Positions 40,827 through 53,073 of a DNA stretch of 64,000 nucleotides are shown here, one piece after another. Position 1 is the stretch's first letter, and each line of letters begins with the position of its first letter. The DNA is taken from assembly GCF_001194135.2 (NCBI RefSeq), contig NC_068995.1:39361098-39425097 (forward strand), given 5' to 3'. A program made the translations under genes and the position numbers. The stretch comes from Octopus bimaculoides. Its lineage: Eukaryota. The notes under the pieces are model-generated. The model saw nothing but the letters and a program-made list of their open reading frames with translations. It did no database searches and had not been told where the DNA came from.

Positions 40827-40990
40827 AAAGGCGGCGAGGTAGCAGAATCCTTAGCACGCTGGGCAAAATGTTTAGCGGCATTTCATCCATCTCTACGTTG
40901 AGTTCAAATTCTGAGAGTCGACTTCGCCTTTCATCATTCTTGGTTCGATAAAATAAGTACCAGTTAAATACTAGGGTCGATGTAATCTAA
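40827..40990 (+). mobile_element. SINE family B copy
   Basis: AAGGCGGCGAGGTAGCAGAATCC..TCGATAAAATAAGTACCAG. Confidence 0.8.
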
Positions 40991-41356
40991 TAATCTGTGA
41001 AAATGAAGTAGATTATCATACAAAACTAATGTGATAATTCATAATTAATAACTCTCGAAGATAATTTCAACAAAATAAACGTAAATTTGTCTCATTTGTA
41101 ATTTATTGTCTTATTTTCAGTGTACTTCATCATCTGAGTTTAGACTTTCGAATGTCTGTTCGCGTCCTGTTATATATTTAAGGAACAAAATTACTTAGTA
41201 CGCATGTCTAGAATGTGTATAAACACAAAATGACTATCGTTGCGACAAATGTTTAAACCGTTTGTGCATGTGTGCACGCGCGTGTGCATGCGTGTTGAGG
41301 AGTTTTAGCTGTGTATGCGTGTATGTGTTATCTAATATTTTAAAGCACATACTTAC

Positions 41357-41443
41357 CAAAACAATAGAAGCCAGAACGCCAACCTAAATATTGCGTGAGA
41401 AGGCCTGATAAAGGCATTCCCAATACTGCTCCTGCGTACGAAC
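41357..41443 (-). CDS. VGLUT: VGLUT internal coding exon: (G)[28 protein letters not shown](G)
   Basis: Manual translation; acceptor tattttAG at 41445-41444, donor GTAAGT at 41356; 87 nt, phase 1 to 1; joins the previous exon to give FCGSYAG. Confidence 0.95.
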
Positions 41444-42214
41444 CTAAAATATTAGAAGACGAGAAATGTAAAAGCAAATGGCAATGGAATTTCTGTTGTG
41501 ATGTCAGATGAATTCATGATAAATGTAACTCTGCAAAAATATCATTCTTCTCCGAATTAATAAGTGTACTAATAAATATTTATCGTTTTCAATTTGCCGC
41601 TGATGATTGTTTATATGCATATTTTATAACACTACCTCTACACGATAACCATGTACTTTTACCTGTTGAGTTTGTTGATGATAATTTGATTAAAAGTAAA
41701 GTAGAGTGCAAGTCGAAGTCTAAACACCATCAATTTACCGATGGCTAAGTTGATTGTGTTTTCTTCATTCGTTAAGTTGAAATAAATTCATTTAGCGAAA
41801 ACTGAAAGAATTCCCCTTTTGTCAACCATTCAGTGTCTTTCAAGCAACCTTATGTTTTCAAAAGTTATCAATTAGTGCATATATTTGCAAGCATGAGAAA
41901 TTGAATTTCAGTGCTTAAGATATTCACTTGAAGCTGATGAAGCGTACTGCATAAACGTTCCATGCTTAGCTATCGGCTAATAAGAATGTACACCTGTTTC
42001 ATTCTGTGATTGGAAAAATACTTCAGGTGATAACAGTGATATAATTAGCAATAACGCAACAAACATCAAACATGAAACCAGTGCAATCAGCAATGTGCTA
42101 ATTTTTTAGTTAGCTAAGGAAAACTCTGTCTATAGAAAAAATTGAACACTTATACTAGCAGCTTATTGAACAAAACAAGGAAATAATGCTCTTAATAATC
42201 CACGTACATTAGAT

Positions 42215-42650
42215 GGCGAATTGGTAGAATCGTTACCGTGTCGGTATAAAGGCTTAGCGGTAATTTGTTTGATCTAATGTTCTGAGTTCAAATGCCACCG
42301 ACGTCGACTATGCCTTTCATTCCTTTGGGATCGATAAAATAAGTACCAGTTAAGGACTATGCTCATCAAAATTGACTTATCCTTCCCTCAAAATAACTGG
42401 CATTATACCAAGATGTGAAACCAATATTTCACGTACTTAAGGCGGGGAGCTGGCAGAATGGTTAGGATGATTGACGAAATGCTTAGCGGCTTTTCGTCTG
42501 TCTTTACGCTCTGAGTTCAAATTCCGCTCAAGATTGGCTTTGCCTTTCATCCTTTGGAAGTTGATAAATTAAGTACCACTTCAGCACTGGGGTGATCTAA
42601 TCGACTTACCCAACTCCGCCAGAGTTCCTAGCCTTGTGCCAAACCGTAAA
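42215..42650 (+). mobile_element. Two tandem SINE family B copies
   Basis: ~42215-42425 and ~42438-42650. Confidence 0.8.
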
Positions 42651-44954
42651 AACCAATATTACACATACCTATCCAACTGATCAAAAACTAGACATCACTT
42701 TGTCGACCATGTATTGTAGAGGAACTCGAACATTTACAAAAACCTTTAACACATTTGTATTCACTCAGAAATGATAAGACCTTCTCTTCAATAATTGTTT
42801 CGGAGGAGAAATTATTTTAATAGATTATGTGTGAAAACACTGTAAGGTTGGTGTATATACATGGCTATGCATTAACAGTTATTGACACCGAAGAAGTCGT
42901 TCACAATTGACTAAAGAATCTTGTTGTTATATGTAAACAGCAAAAAGTATATTTGCTGACAAAAGCCTTTCTCCATCTGAATGTACACGGATGTGTTAAA
43001 TACATATGTGAAGAGGTTTATTTTACTCATTGCTACTTAGCGTGCTTTGAATTAATTAACTGCAGCTTGACAGAGATTTAAGAAACTTTTAATGATTTCA
43101 TTGAGTGGAAAACTGTGTTTTATACCAATTTTGAAAATATTTGAAGAAATGTAAAAACAATAGAATGTGTTTATCAACACAAATGCAAAATGAATTTACC
43201 AGTCGTAGTGCAGAAGAAATTCAGTCAATATTTGTAGCTAACCTGAAGTGAAATGACGACCAATAAAACACAGATGCATCTACTAAATCATAACTAGCTA
43301 TTTGCTTTCCTTTAAATCGACACGAAGAAAATAATCTTGTGGGAGTTGCTCAAACAAACATGAAAACAAGAACAAATGCAATAACTGAAATGTGAAAGAT
43401 TGGGACATACGAGCTGCCAAATTATGTAGATAGTGATATGAGTGTTGCTCTATCATCTGTGATGAAATAAATAGGTTTCTGAAAGCAATCTATGCTATAT
43501 ACCAAAAAGTAAAATGTTTTGTGCACTTCGGCTCCAATCAATTTTAACTAGAAATAGTTAAATGCAAGGGGATAGCCATCATCGAAGAATTTGGTTTCTT
43601 TTGGGTTGTATTAAACATAAAAATATCATGAAATAATAACAAGAACAGAAAATGAAGAATGTAGCATTCAATTTTGATCTGATATTGGAAAGTTAAAATT
43701 ATATATTTCAAAACAATGGTCAGCTATGGTCATTTACCAAAACTTGGTAGCCTAGAAAAGACAATATTTTTGGTGGTGGGATGGTATACTTAGTATACAT
43801 ATTTATACATATGTATACATATTTCTTGAAAATTGCTTCACAATGGAATGTATCTCTTCATACAGCCAAGTTACCTTATAAACACTTACATATTCCCTGA
43901 TGATATTTTATATGCCTTCTATCACAAGTTTACTTCGACTTAACAAACTTTGATAATTTCATTTATAGGACATCCTATAAAAGGGGCAGGATTTAGAACC
44001 AATTTATATTGACTAAATACTCCACTATGTGTTTCATACGCCAAAGACAATCGCAAAGAAAATAAGTTGGAACTCGCAATTGACCGAAGAAGCAATGACC
44101 GAAGTCACAGATCAAACTCATAAGTGTATCATTGAAACACTTATCATTTTTATCGATCACATTATAAATTAAATAAAATCAAGGTTTCCTACTGACAGTG
44201 TCTTACCCCCTGTAAATTTGGTCACCTGGCACTTCAAATTTTAATCACAATCAGGATTCAGTATGCGGTGGAAATGAAAAAAACGTTTACAACTGTTCCA
44301 TAATTTGTCCTTCCGCAAGCAAGATGTTATATGAAAAATAATATGTAATCATACAGATACATGAAAATATTCAAATTACAAAAACATTTGTATCTACAAT
44401 GTCTTGGATTTCGATTCTTTAGTCCCAAAATACCACGCGAAATATAAACTGGTCACTGTATCTTGATTAAACAAAAGTTAATGCGAAATATTTGGAAATT
44501 ATTAGCCTGAAAAACGGGGTTTTCACAGTTGCTCGTTTTGCAATAAACTTCGTAAAGTTAGTATGCAATTTCAAATACCTCGTATGATACAAAACAATGT
44601 GTACGTTCTTAGATTTTCATATATNNNNNNNNNNNNNNNNNNNNNNNNNNNNNNNNNNNNNNNNNNNNNNNNNNNNNNNNNNNNNNNNNNNNNNNNNNNN
44701 NNNNNNNNNNNNNNNNNNNNNNNNNNNNNNNNNNNNNNNNNNNNNNNNNNNNNNNNNNNNNNNNNNNNNNNNNNNNNNNNNNNNNNNNNNNNNNNNNNNN
44801 NNNNNNNNNNNNNNNNNNNNNNNNNNNNNNNNNNNNNNNNNNNNNNNNNNNNNNNNNNNNNNNNNNNNNNNNNNNNNNNNNNNNNNNNNNNNNNNNNNNN
44901 NNNNNNNNNNNNNNNNNNNNNNNNNNATATATATATATATATATATATACATAC

Positions 44955-45130
44955 ATATACATGTATACGACAGGCTTCTTTCGGTTTCTGTCTACCAAAT
45001 CCATTCACAATGCTTTGGTCGGCCGAGGCTATAGCAGAAGACACTTGCCCAAGGTGCCACGCAATGGGACTGAACCCGGAACTATGTGGTTGGTAAGCAA
45101 GTTACTTACCACACAGCCACTCCTGCGCCT
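44955..45130 (-). mobile_element. SINE family A 5' half
   Basis: GGACTGAACCCGGAACTATGTGG..CACACAGCCACTCCTGCGCC, abutting gap 44625-44926. Confidence 0.85.
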
Positions 45131-45828
45131 ATATATATATATATTAATGAAAATCCAGGAGAGGTGAGATGCAAAACAGATCTAGGTCCGTATTCTTTCA
45201 TGTATTACATAATTTATCTTAGTGACATCACCAAATCTGACCTGAAGGTATATATATGTATACATTCTACAGACTTCATATACGACAATCCATACATATG
45301 CACACGTACATCTGTATAGATATATAATGACGTACCTAAGAGAATTACACTTCAGAACGAATTCAGTACATGTATACACATACAGCTTGAACGTATTTTA
45401 ATGTAAATAAATTGAAGAGATGACGCAGTTAATGATGCAATATTTCCATATACATTTTATGTTGTGTATGGTGGCATTTTTCTGTGTGTTAACATTTTGT
45501 GCCACATTTTCCTGCAAACAACTGTTGCAACTAAAAACATCAGAATATGGAACTATTTATTGAGCACCATCCATGACTTTATCACTTAGATGCATTAGAA
45601 GGTGTTATATATATATATAGCAATTATATATCCGCTATATCTGAAATCTGCAATGTCTCCATAACTACCGTCTCGGTTATAACCATGGAGCCCTAGTAAT
45701 CCGTTACAGCACTTATCTAGCGTACCGAATCGTTTAGATCACCTGTGAATTAAACCCCCATATTTTCGAATATATATATATTTATATTATAGATAGATAA
45801 AGAGATAGAATGATGACGGATAGGTAGA

Positions 45829-45871
<43 letters not shown>

Positions 45872-45931
45872 CAGACATACTGCGTGAGTGTAAGGTGGAG
45901 AAGAGAGAAGGAAATAGGCAGGATAGCTTAC

Positions 45932-46019
45932 CACAGAAAGATATTGTTGCTAGCTGGGAGCGTTCTAACGGTGGTGCCCAATGTCTCCAGATACCGTGAC
46001 AAGCTGGATATGTGACACC
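45932..46019 (-). CDS. VGLUT: VGLUT internal coding exon: [29 protein letters not shown](G)
   Basis: Within ORF 45750-46055; acceptor ttcaatttcAG at 46021-46020, donor GTAAGC at 45931; 88 nt, phase 0 to 1. [19 protein letters not shown] is the diagnostic VGLUT/EAT-4 motif. Confidence 0.97.
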
Positions 46020-46191
46020 CTGAAATTGAAGAAAACAAATAGAGAAGAATAACAAACTGATATATATGTACGTAAATGCATACGCTCATTATATGTTCAC
46101 ACGAACACACACACACACACACGCACACACTCACGCGCGAGCAAACACGCACATACACATATAAATCAGTACAAACACATACTCATATCTC

Positions 46192-46225
<34 letters not shown>

Positions 46226-47528
46226 NNNNNNNNNNNNNNNNNNNNNNNNNNNNNNNNNNNNNNNNNNNNNNNNNNNNNNNNNNNNNNNNNNNNNNNNNNN
46301 NNNNNNNNNNNNNNNNNNNNNNNNNNNNNNNNNNNNNNNNNNNNNNNNNNNNNNNNNNNNNNNNNNNNNNNNNNNNNNNNNNNNNNNNNNNNNNNNNNNN
46401 NNNNNNNNNNNNNNNNNNNNNNNNNNNNNNNNNNNNNNNNNNNNNNNNNNNNNNNNNNNNNNNNNNNNNNNNNNNNNNNNNNNNNNNNNNNNNNNNNNNN
46501 NNNNNNNNNNNNNNNNNNNNNNNNNNNNNNNNNNNNNNNNNNNNNNNNNNNNNNNNNNNNNNNNNNNNNNNNNNNNNNNNNNNNNNNNNNNNNNNNNNNN
46601 NNNNNNNNNNNNNNNNNNNNNNNNNNNNNNNNNNNNNNNNNNNNNNNNNNNNNNNNNNNNNNNNNNNNNNNNNNNNNNNNNNNNNNNNNNNNTATATATA
46701 TATATATATATATATCGATTTACACACACATATGTGTATGTATATACCTCTATATGTGTGTGTTGATAGAACAGTTGGGTTATGCATGTAACATGTATGT
46801 GCGCATAGAGATTGAGAGATGACTGATAGATAGATAGATAAATAGAGATAGACAGAGAGAAAGAGAGAAGGCGAGAGAAATACAAAGTGTGTAGGAGGGG
46901 CTAAAAGTGAGATTGCGAACAAAATTATAAGAATAATGATAATGATAATAACAATAATGATTGTACAGACAATAATATATACAAGAGATTAAATGCGATC
47001 ATCTATCTCTATAATAGTCAAATCTTTATTCTTAATTCCCTTCTTTTTCCTTTCCGCTGTTTTCTCTTTGCTCTCTTTCAGCGCTCTCTCTAAAAACACA
47101 TCATACGCAAGCATACTCAAGCGAGCGCTTGAACTTTTATGAAAAGGAGACAATGTGCTTTGTATGTGCGTGTGTGCAATAATAGCAAATGCATTATGTT
47201 CCTCTTACTCCACACAATATACTTCTAAACCTAGGAGACGGCCGATGCTACTGCAGCGACACCAGCTATAAGCGAACAATGCTATTGTTTTCCGACTCGT
47301 TTTGATTGACTCAGTGAGATTGGAGAGTGTTGTGTGTGTGTGTGTGTGTGTGAGTGTGTGCGTGCGTGTGTATGTGTGTATGTGTTTGTGTGATGGGTGT
47401 TTGTGTCTTTCTGCATGTATAGGTGTATGTGTAATATGTGCGTATAGATGTGTGTTGATATTTTTTTAAAATAATCCCTGTTTAATTTATTTTACACGCA
47501 CATACTCATTGATATAACTCACTTTCTC

Positions 47529-47559
<31 letters not shown>

Positions 47560-47866
47560 TTCTCTCTCCATATATATATTATTTATATNNNNNNNNNNNN
47601 NNNNNNNNNNNNNNNNNNNNNNNNNNNNNNNNNNNNNNNNNNNNNNNNNNNNNNNNNNNNNNNNNNNNNNNNNNNNNNNNNNNNNNNNNNNNNNNNNNNN
47701 NNNNNNNNNNNNNNNNNNNNNNNNNNNNNNNNNNNNNNNNNNNNNNNNNNNNNNNNNNNNNNNNNNNNNNNNNNNNNNNNNNNNNNNNNNNNNNNNNNNN
47801 NNNNNNNNNNNNNNNNNNNNNNNNNNNNNNNNNNNNNNNNNNNNNNNNNNNNNNNNNNNNNNNNNN

Positions 47867-47899
<33 letters not shown>

Positions 47900-48794
47900 C
47901 TGCTATTTGATTCATTGCTATTCCGGACCTATTAAGCTTTCTACTGTTTGCTTTGCTTTTTTTTTTTTGTATTTCCTTTCGTATCATTTCAATTGGCTTT
48001 CGCTTTTCAAATACACACACACACACAGTCGTATCTATATGAATATACATATGCATACGTATGTATAAATATTTATACACATACACACACTTGCTGACAA
48101 TAAATAGTGCTACGATGATGTAAGCGTGTGTGCGATATCTATTATGCATGATTATTATTTTGGTTTGCTATTTATTAATATCTGTCTTTGTTGCTGATGA
48201 TGTGAAGGAGAAAAGGTTGAGACTTGCAGTGGGGAGTGCAAAAGAGAAAAATACCGGATCAAATATTTTGGTGATGCCGACGGTGATGTCGATGATCTCT
48301 TGAGCTGATCCTGTGCTTCCCTTGAACATGTGGTTTTCTGCTCACCGTCAATTCGTCCTTGAAATGAGAGCCATCCTTGCGGTTGCTTAAGCAAGCATTC
48401 GTGTGTTGGCTATTCCCTATAATGTGCTTGTTTTTCCTTTTTTATTTACACAGCTGATACAGAATTGTTGGGCTCTTCGCTGTGGATGTTTTCCATTCCA
48501 TCTTATTCTCACGATCAAACCAATGTTGGACTATTATCGCCACATAAAATGACACAGATATATCTAGGCAACACACAAATACATCCACGAGTGCTTTTTT
48601 AAAATTTCGTTTTCATCTGCAATGCTTAAGCTTTTCGTCTAAAACAGTGGTTCTAAAATGAGAGTCATATGAACCTTGCAGATTCATATAAGGTTTTCTT
48701 GATAAAATTTATGTGGAATAAATAGGTTTCACTTCTACAATACACAAAGTATTTTACTTACACAATACACAAAATATTTAATTCCTTTCCTACT

Positions 48795-49217
48795 CTAGGC
48801 ACAAGGCCCGAAATATTTTTTTGGGATGGGGCCAGTCGATTGGATCAACCCCAGTACGCAACTGGTACTTAATTTATCGACCCCGAAAGGGTGAGAGGCA
48901 AAGTCAAACGCGGAGATATTTGAACTCAGAACATAAAGACAGACGAAATGCCGCTAAGCATTTCGTCCAGCGTACTAACGTTTCTTATTTCTTTATTGCC
49001 CACAAGGGGCTAAACATAGAGGGGACAAACAAGGACAGACAAAGGGAGTATGTCGATTATATCGACCCCAGTGCGTAAATGGTACTTAATTTATCGACCT
49101 CGAAAGGATGAAAGGCAAAGTCGACCTCGGCGGGTTTTGAACTCATAACGTAGAGGCAGACGAGATACTGCTAAGCATTTCGCCCTGCGTGCTAACGCTT
49201 CTGCCAGCTCGCCGCTT
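48795..49217 (-). mobile_element. Fused SINE family B dimer with two different tails
   Basis: 48985-49217 is complete with a GTGGGCAATAAAG tail; 48795-48984 lacks its first ~14 nt and has a CCTTGTGCCTAGAG tail. Confidence 0.8.
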
Positions 49218-50439
49218 TACAAAATATTTAATTCCAATAATAGAATAGGATTTTTTAAGCATCGAATCTTTATGAACGTCTACTCAAGTAAAACTAGGAA
49301 TCAAAGTGATCGACAGGTAAAAAAAATAGCTGAATACCACTGGACTAAAACATCAGAATTGTACTACTAAGGAATTTCAAAACTTACATTTTGCTTTCTA
49401 AGTGAACTGTAATTATGTAACACCTCGAAAGGATGACTCACATTTCAAGCTGGGGGTATCTTCACTTGTTCAAACATTGTTATTATTATTGCTGTTTTGT
49501 TAACGTTATTATAACTGAAAGGCAAATTCAGAAGGAACTGATCTACGATCAAAGCCATACCAACCGTGGCCGTCTCATCTCTTTAGATGCATCTCGGTAC
49601 ATATTGTAGTATTTGTTCTTACATTATTGAAGATGGCAGTGTGTAGTTGGAAGGTGGTCAGTTTGCAATTTCTCTGAGATTTTTATTGTTGATTATGATG
49701 ACAGTGCTGTGGTTGTTATTTTTGTTGTTATTGTTTTTGTTGTTGCTAGTACTGTTAGGTTCTGATGTCTATCAGGGTGATATGATAACTCGTGTCAGCT
49801 TTTATAGAGTTTTCTCATCTTTTTCGTATGCTTTCCATACTCTATAAGAGTCCTTCACTAAGGTAGTAGGATGTGGATTGTTGAATATTTTGCTGTTACA
49901 GTTATCCGATCGAGTAACCACATAGGGGCTCCTTGTCGGTACGGTTGTATGAAAATGTGTTGACATGTGTGGTGTTGCTCTTTATTACTGATACAGGAAA
50001 TGGTTATAAACAGACCATTAACAGGCAAACAGAGGATAATCATTTGGTGAAAACCGTCCAAGCAGCAGATGAATTAGATAAACTTCGGAAGGATTGAAAG
50101 CAAAATCGACTGCAAAGATGAATGAACGCAGAAAACAATTTCAGGGAACAGTGTGTGCGTATGTTTCAACGTTGTGTGCGTGTATCTGTGTTTTCACGTG
50201 TGATTCTTTCAGTACGTGTATATTTCTGTAAAGATAGAGATGTAATTCACACGCGTGTGGGCCCCCTCCCCCACATACACACAAAGACACTCACACAAGC
50301 TCGCATGCACACATATCCACACACACACACACACACACACACACTCATACAAACACGCACATAAACACACACAGGCATGTGTGTGAGTATATGTGTTTGT
50401 GTGCGTGTATGTATGTGTGTGTGTGTGTGTGTGTATTTA

Positions 50440-50740
50440 TAATACTTTTACAAGTAGAGGTGTAATAGTGGCTTTGAAATTTAGTTTGCAAGTTTACAAC
50501 GGACTCCTTCGCACCATTGCAATCTTCAGGCGAAGAGAGTGGCGTGAAAATGTGTCACCCTTGCATCTTCCATTCATGTACACAAGTCTTTTTATTGTCT
50601 CTTTGTATATTTTCTCTTATTCGTTTCTGTTGAAGAGCGTAGACTCGAAACGTAAAAGACTAGCTCACTTCCCCGAGCGTCAATCGAATACACCTGCTTG
50701 TTGTTCATACACCTGCTTTCATCTTTTGTTTTTCTGTAAA
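50440..50740. mobile_element. Probable Penelope-derived terminal repeat
   Basis: TTGAAGAGCGTAGACTCGAAACGT hammerhead-like core; a related flank (..ttctttctgttga) precedes the gap at 4716. Confidence 0.35.
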
Positions 50741-50747
50741 TTTCAAC

Positions 50748-50782
<35 letters not shown>

Positions 50783-50862
50783 ATGTGCATATACATACTT
50801 GCATACATATTCCCAGTTCCATATTAATATGAGCAAAAAAGTATGACGTTCACTTTCCTTAC

Positions 50863-50977
50863 CTCGACCAACCCTTGAAGGATTCTCACTGCCATGACTA
50901 GTCCATAATGTACAGAGGCAGCTCCAGGAAGGAACAAGTTTAAGAATGAAGAAATGGTTATTGCTGTTCCAAATATC
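50863..50977 (-). CDS. VGLUT: VGLUT internal coding exon: (R)[38 protein letters not shown]
   Basis: Manual translation; acceptor ...atttcgcAG at 50979-50978, donor GTAAGG at 50862; 115 nt, phase 2 to 0. Not in the ORF track. RILQGLVE is a conserved VGLUT motif. Confidence 0.95.
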
Positions 50978-51664
50978 CTGCGAAATATAATATAACATTA
51001 TGTTAGTTATCAATTCTGTGCTTTATACAAAAAAAAAAAAAACTGGTTATTCCGTTTAGAAATGTTTTAATAAATGCAAAATGGGCAAGTAGTTCTGAAA
51101 CTTCAACATGTATATTACATTTATATCTGTAGCATTTAGTCTTTCATATATTTAGCTTTGTTAGAATATATTACTCTTGACGTATACAGCCATTCTTGTA
51201 AGTGTTGATGTTAACGAACCGTCTGCATACACTCTCCAAGGCACTTATATGCATGTGTAGTCAACTCGTGCTTTGCCGTTCAAATTTCATTTCGTTGGAC
51301 GAATACTATTATCTGCGAAAAACTTGTTGGCGACAGTTTGTTCAATTAGCGGATCGTTCGTATATGTTCTCCCAGTACTTATAAGCGTGTATAGCGTACT
51401 CGTGACTGTTGTTCAATTTCCACCTCGCCAAACGATTGGGCTGATCATATTTCAGCTCGTTTTATTATTATCATTTTTTTTTTCAGAAAAATCATTCGTT
51501 ATTCGATTAGTTCTTTAGAGGAATGTTCGTTATGAATGTATGCGCATGTCTACAACATATTAGGTTTTAATACGTTATATATTGCTAATTAGTAGCCCTC
51601 TGTGTTTGTGTGAGCATTCTTTATAAGTGAGTGTCGAACTGAGTCCATGTCTCTGAATATTATA

Positions 51665-52530
51665 CGAGGGGAACCCGAAAGTAACCGGAAACGTTCTCTG
51701 TAGGACAAGTCCACTGCTAGAACCCGTGTAATTCGACTCTCATATATCAGTCTGCCGACCAGTATTGCCTTGCTCTGTCATACTACTTCATGGTGCGTCT
51801 TTGTTTTGCAATGCTTCTCTCCTGCTCGTCAATTTTTGCGATGGCTGAACAGCGTGGTCCCGTGAAGGAACAGCGTGCTCCCGTGAAAGAACAGCGTGCT
51901 CCCGTGAACTTCCGTTTTCTGCCAGGGAAAACGACTGCCGAATCAGTTGTCATGCTTCAAACAGCTTACAAGGACACTGCCATGGGCAAAACACCTTACA
52001 AGGACACTGCCATGGGCAAAACATCTTACAAGGACGCTGCCATGAGCAAGACATAAGTTTACGAGTGGTTATCAAGTTTTATGAATAATCACTTGTTGCT
52101 TGAGGTCCAACCTCGTTCAGGGTGAGCGGTGACTTCCCGAACGAACGAAAGTATCATGAACATTTCTGAACCCATCTTGGAGGACTGTCACCTAAAAATT
52201 GAGGAACTTGTTGATATGACTGGTGTGTCCTGGAACTCTTGCCAACGAAGAGTGCCGAGGAATTGCAAATGAAATGAGTTGCTGCAAAATTTGTGCCTTG
52301 CACACGAACGATCAAAAGAAGTCGCGACCGAATATGTGTCGTGAGCTGAAATAACAGTTGAAAGTTCATGCGGATCTTCTTTGGAAGGTCATCACTGGTA
52401 ACGAAAGTCAGTGCTACGAAATTTGCAGATGTGGAAGTGACGAAGAAAAAGACGACTAAGGCTTCACTTCGCAAGAGCTCCAGGACTGCTTCTAACAGTG
52501 TAAAACGCGTCTGGAACGAATTCAATATAG
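51665..52530 (+). mobile_element. Internally deleted mariner relic
   Basis: TA followed by CGAGGGGAACCCGAAAGTAACCGG left end; MAEQR..VNFRFLPGKTTAESVVMLQTAYKD.AMGKT*VYEW HTH; AAKFVP and KVITGNES motifs, then a jump to C-terminal sequence (core deleted); no right TIR seen. Confidence 0.85.
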
Positions 52531-52739
52531 AATTCAAATGAATTCAATATAGATTCATACTATTTTTTTTATAAATCAAAGAAAACCTTAAATTGGAAAC
52601 CTTAAATTTAGTATAGGATGAATCTATATTGAATTCATTTGTTTTGTTTATTTTGTTCATTGCTTACCTAAGACCGTTATTTGAAACGACCAATGAAACA
52701 GATCCATGTTTTTTTTAATTTATAGTAGTTTTGATTGCA

Positions 52740-53060
52740 TCGTCATTTCTCTCCCATTTTTAACAAAACTGTCCGATAAACAGGAACGTGAAACTCTTAG
52801 TAACAGCTTTTTGTTATATTTCTGCTACTTTTAAATAAAGCATATTACTCTACCTCTGGTATTTGAGTACTCCTTTTTCCACCTTGTTGCACATTTATAT
52901 GCTTACTTCGGTATATATATAAAATCATATATCAATTTATTATACCTTTAGAGTACGAGAAGACAATAATTTCGTAGTTTCGGCTTGTTCATCTTCAAAG
53001 ATGAGCCTGATGAAATTGAGAATGCCGAAAATTCGAAGTAACTGTCACCTCTTCTGATAA
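52740..53060 (+). mobile_element. Probable Penelope-like terminal-repeat remnant with decayed hammerhead cores
   Basis: CTGT-CCGATAA-..-GAAAC-..GTA-ACAG at 52769-52806; CTGATGA..GAAA at ~53007-53030. Confidence 0.35.
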
Positions 53061-53073
53061 AACTTAAACTCCT

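Noticed and set aside
41933-41970. CTGATGA-AGCGTACTGC-ATAAAC hammerhead-like core
   Set aside because: GAAA absent and no adjacent stem I.
42700-43500. Decayed hAT transposase C-terminus
   Set aside because: Only faint resemblance (..DSDMSVALSS..); cannot be supported without a search.
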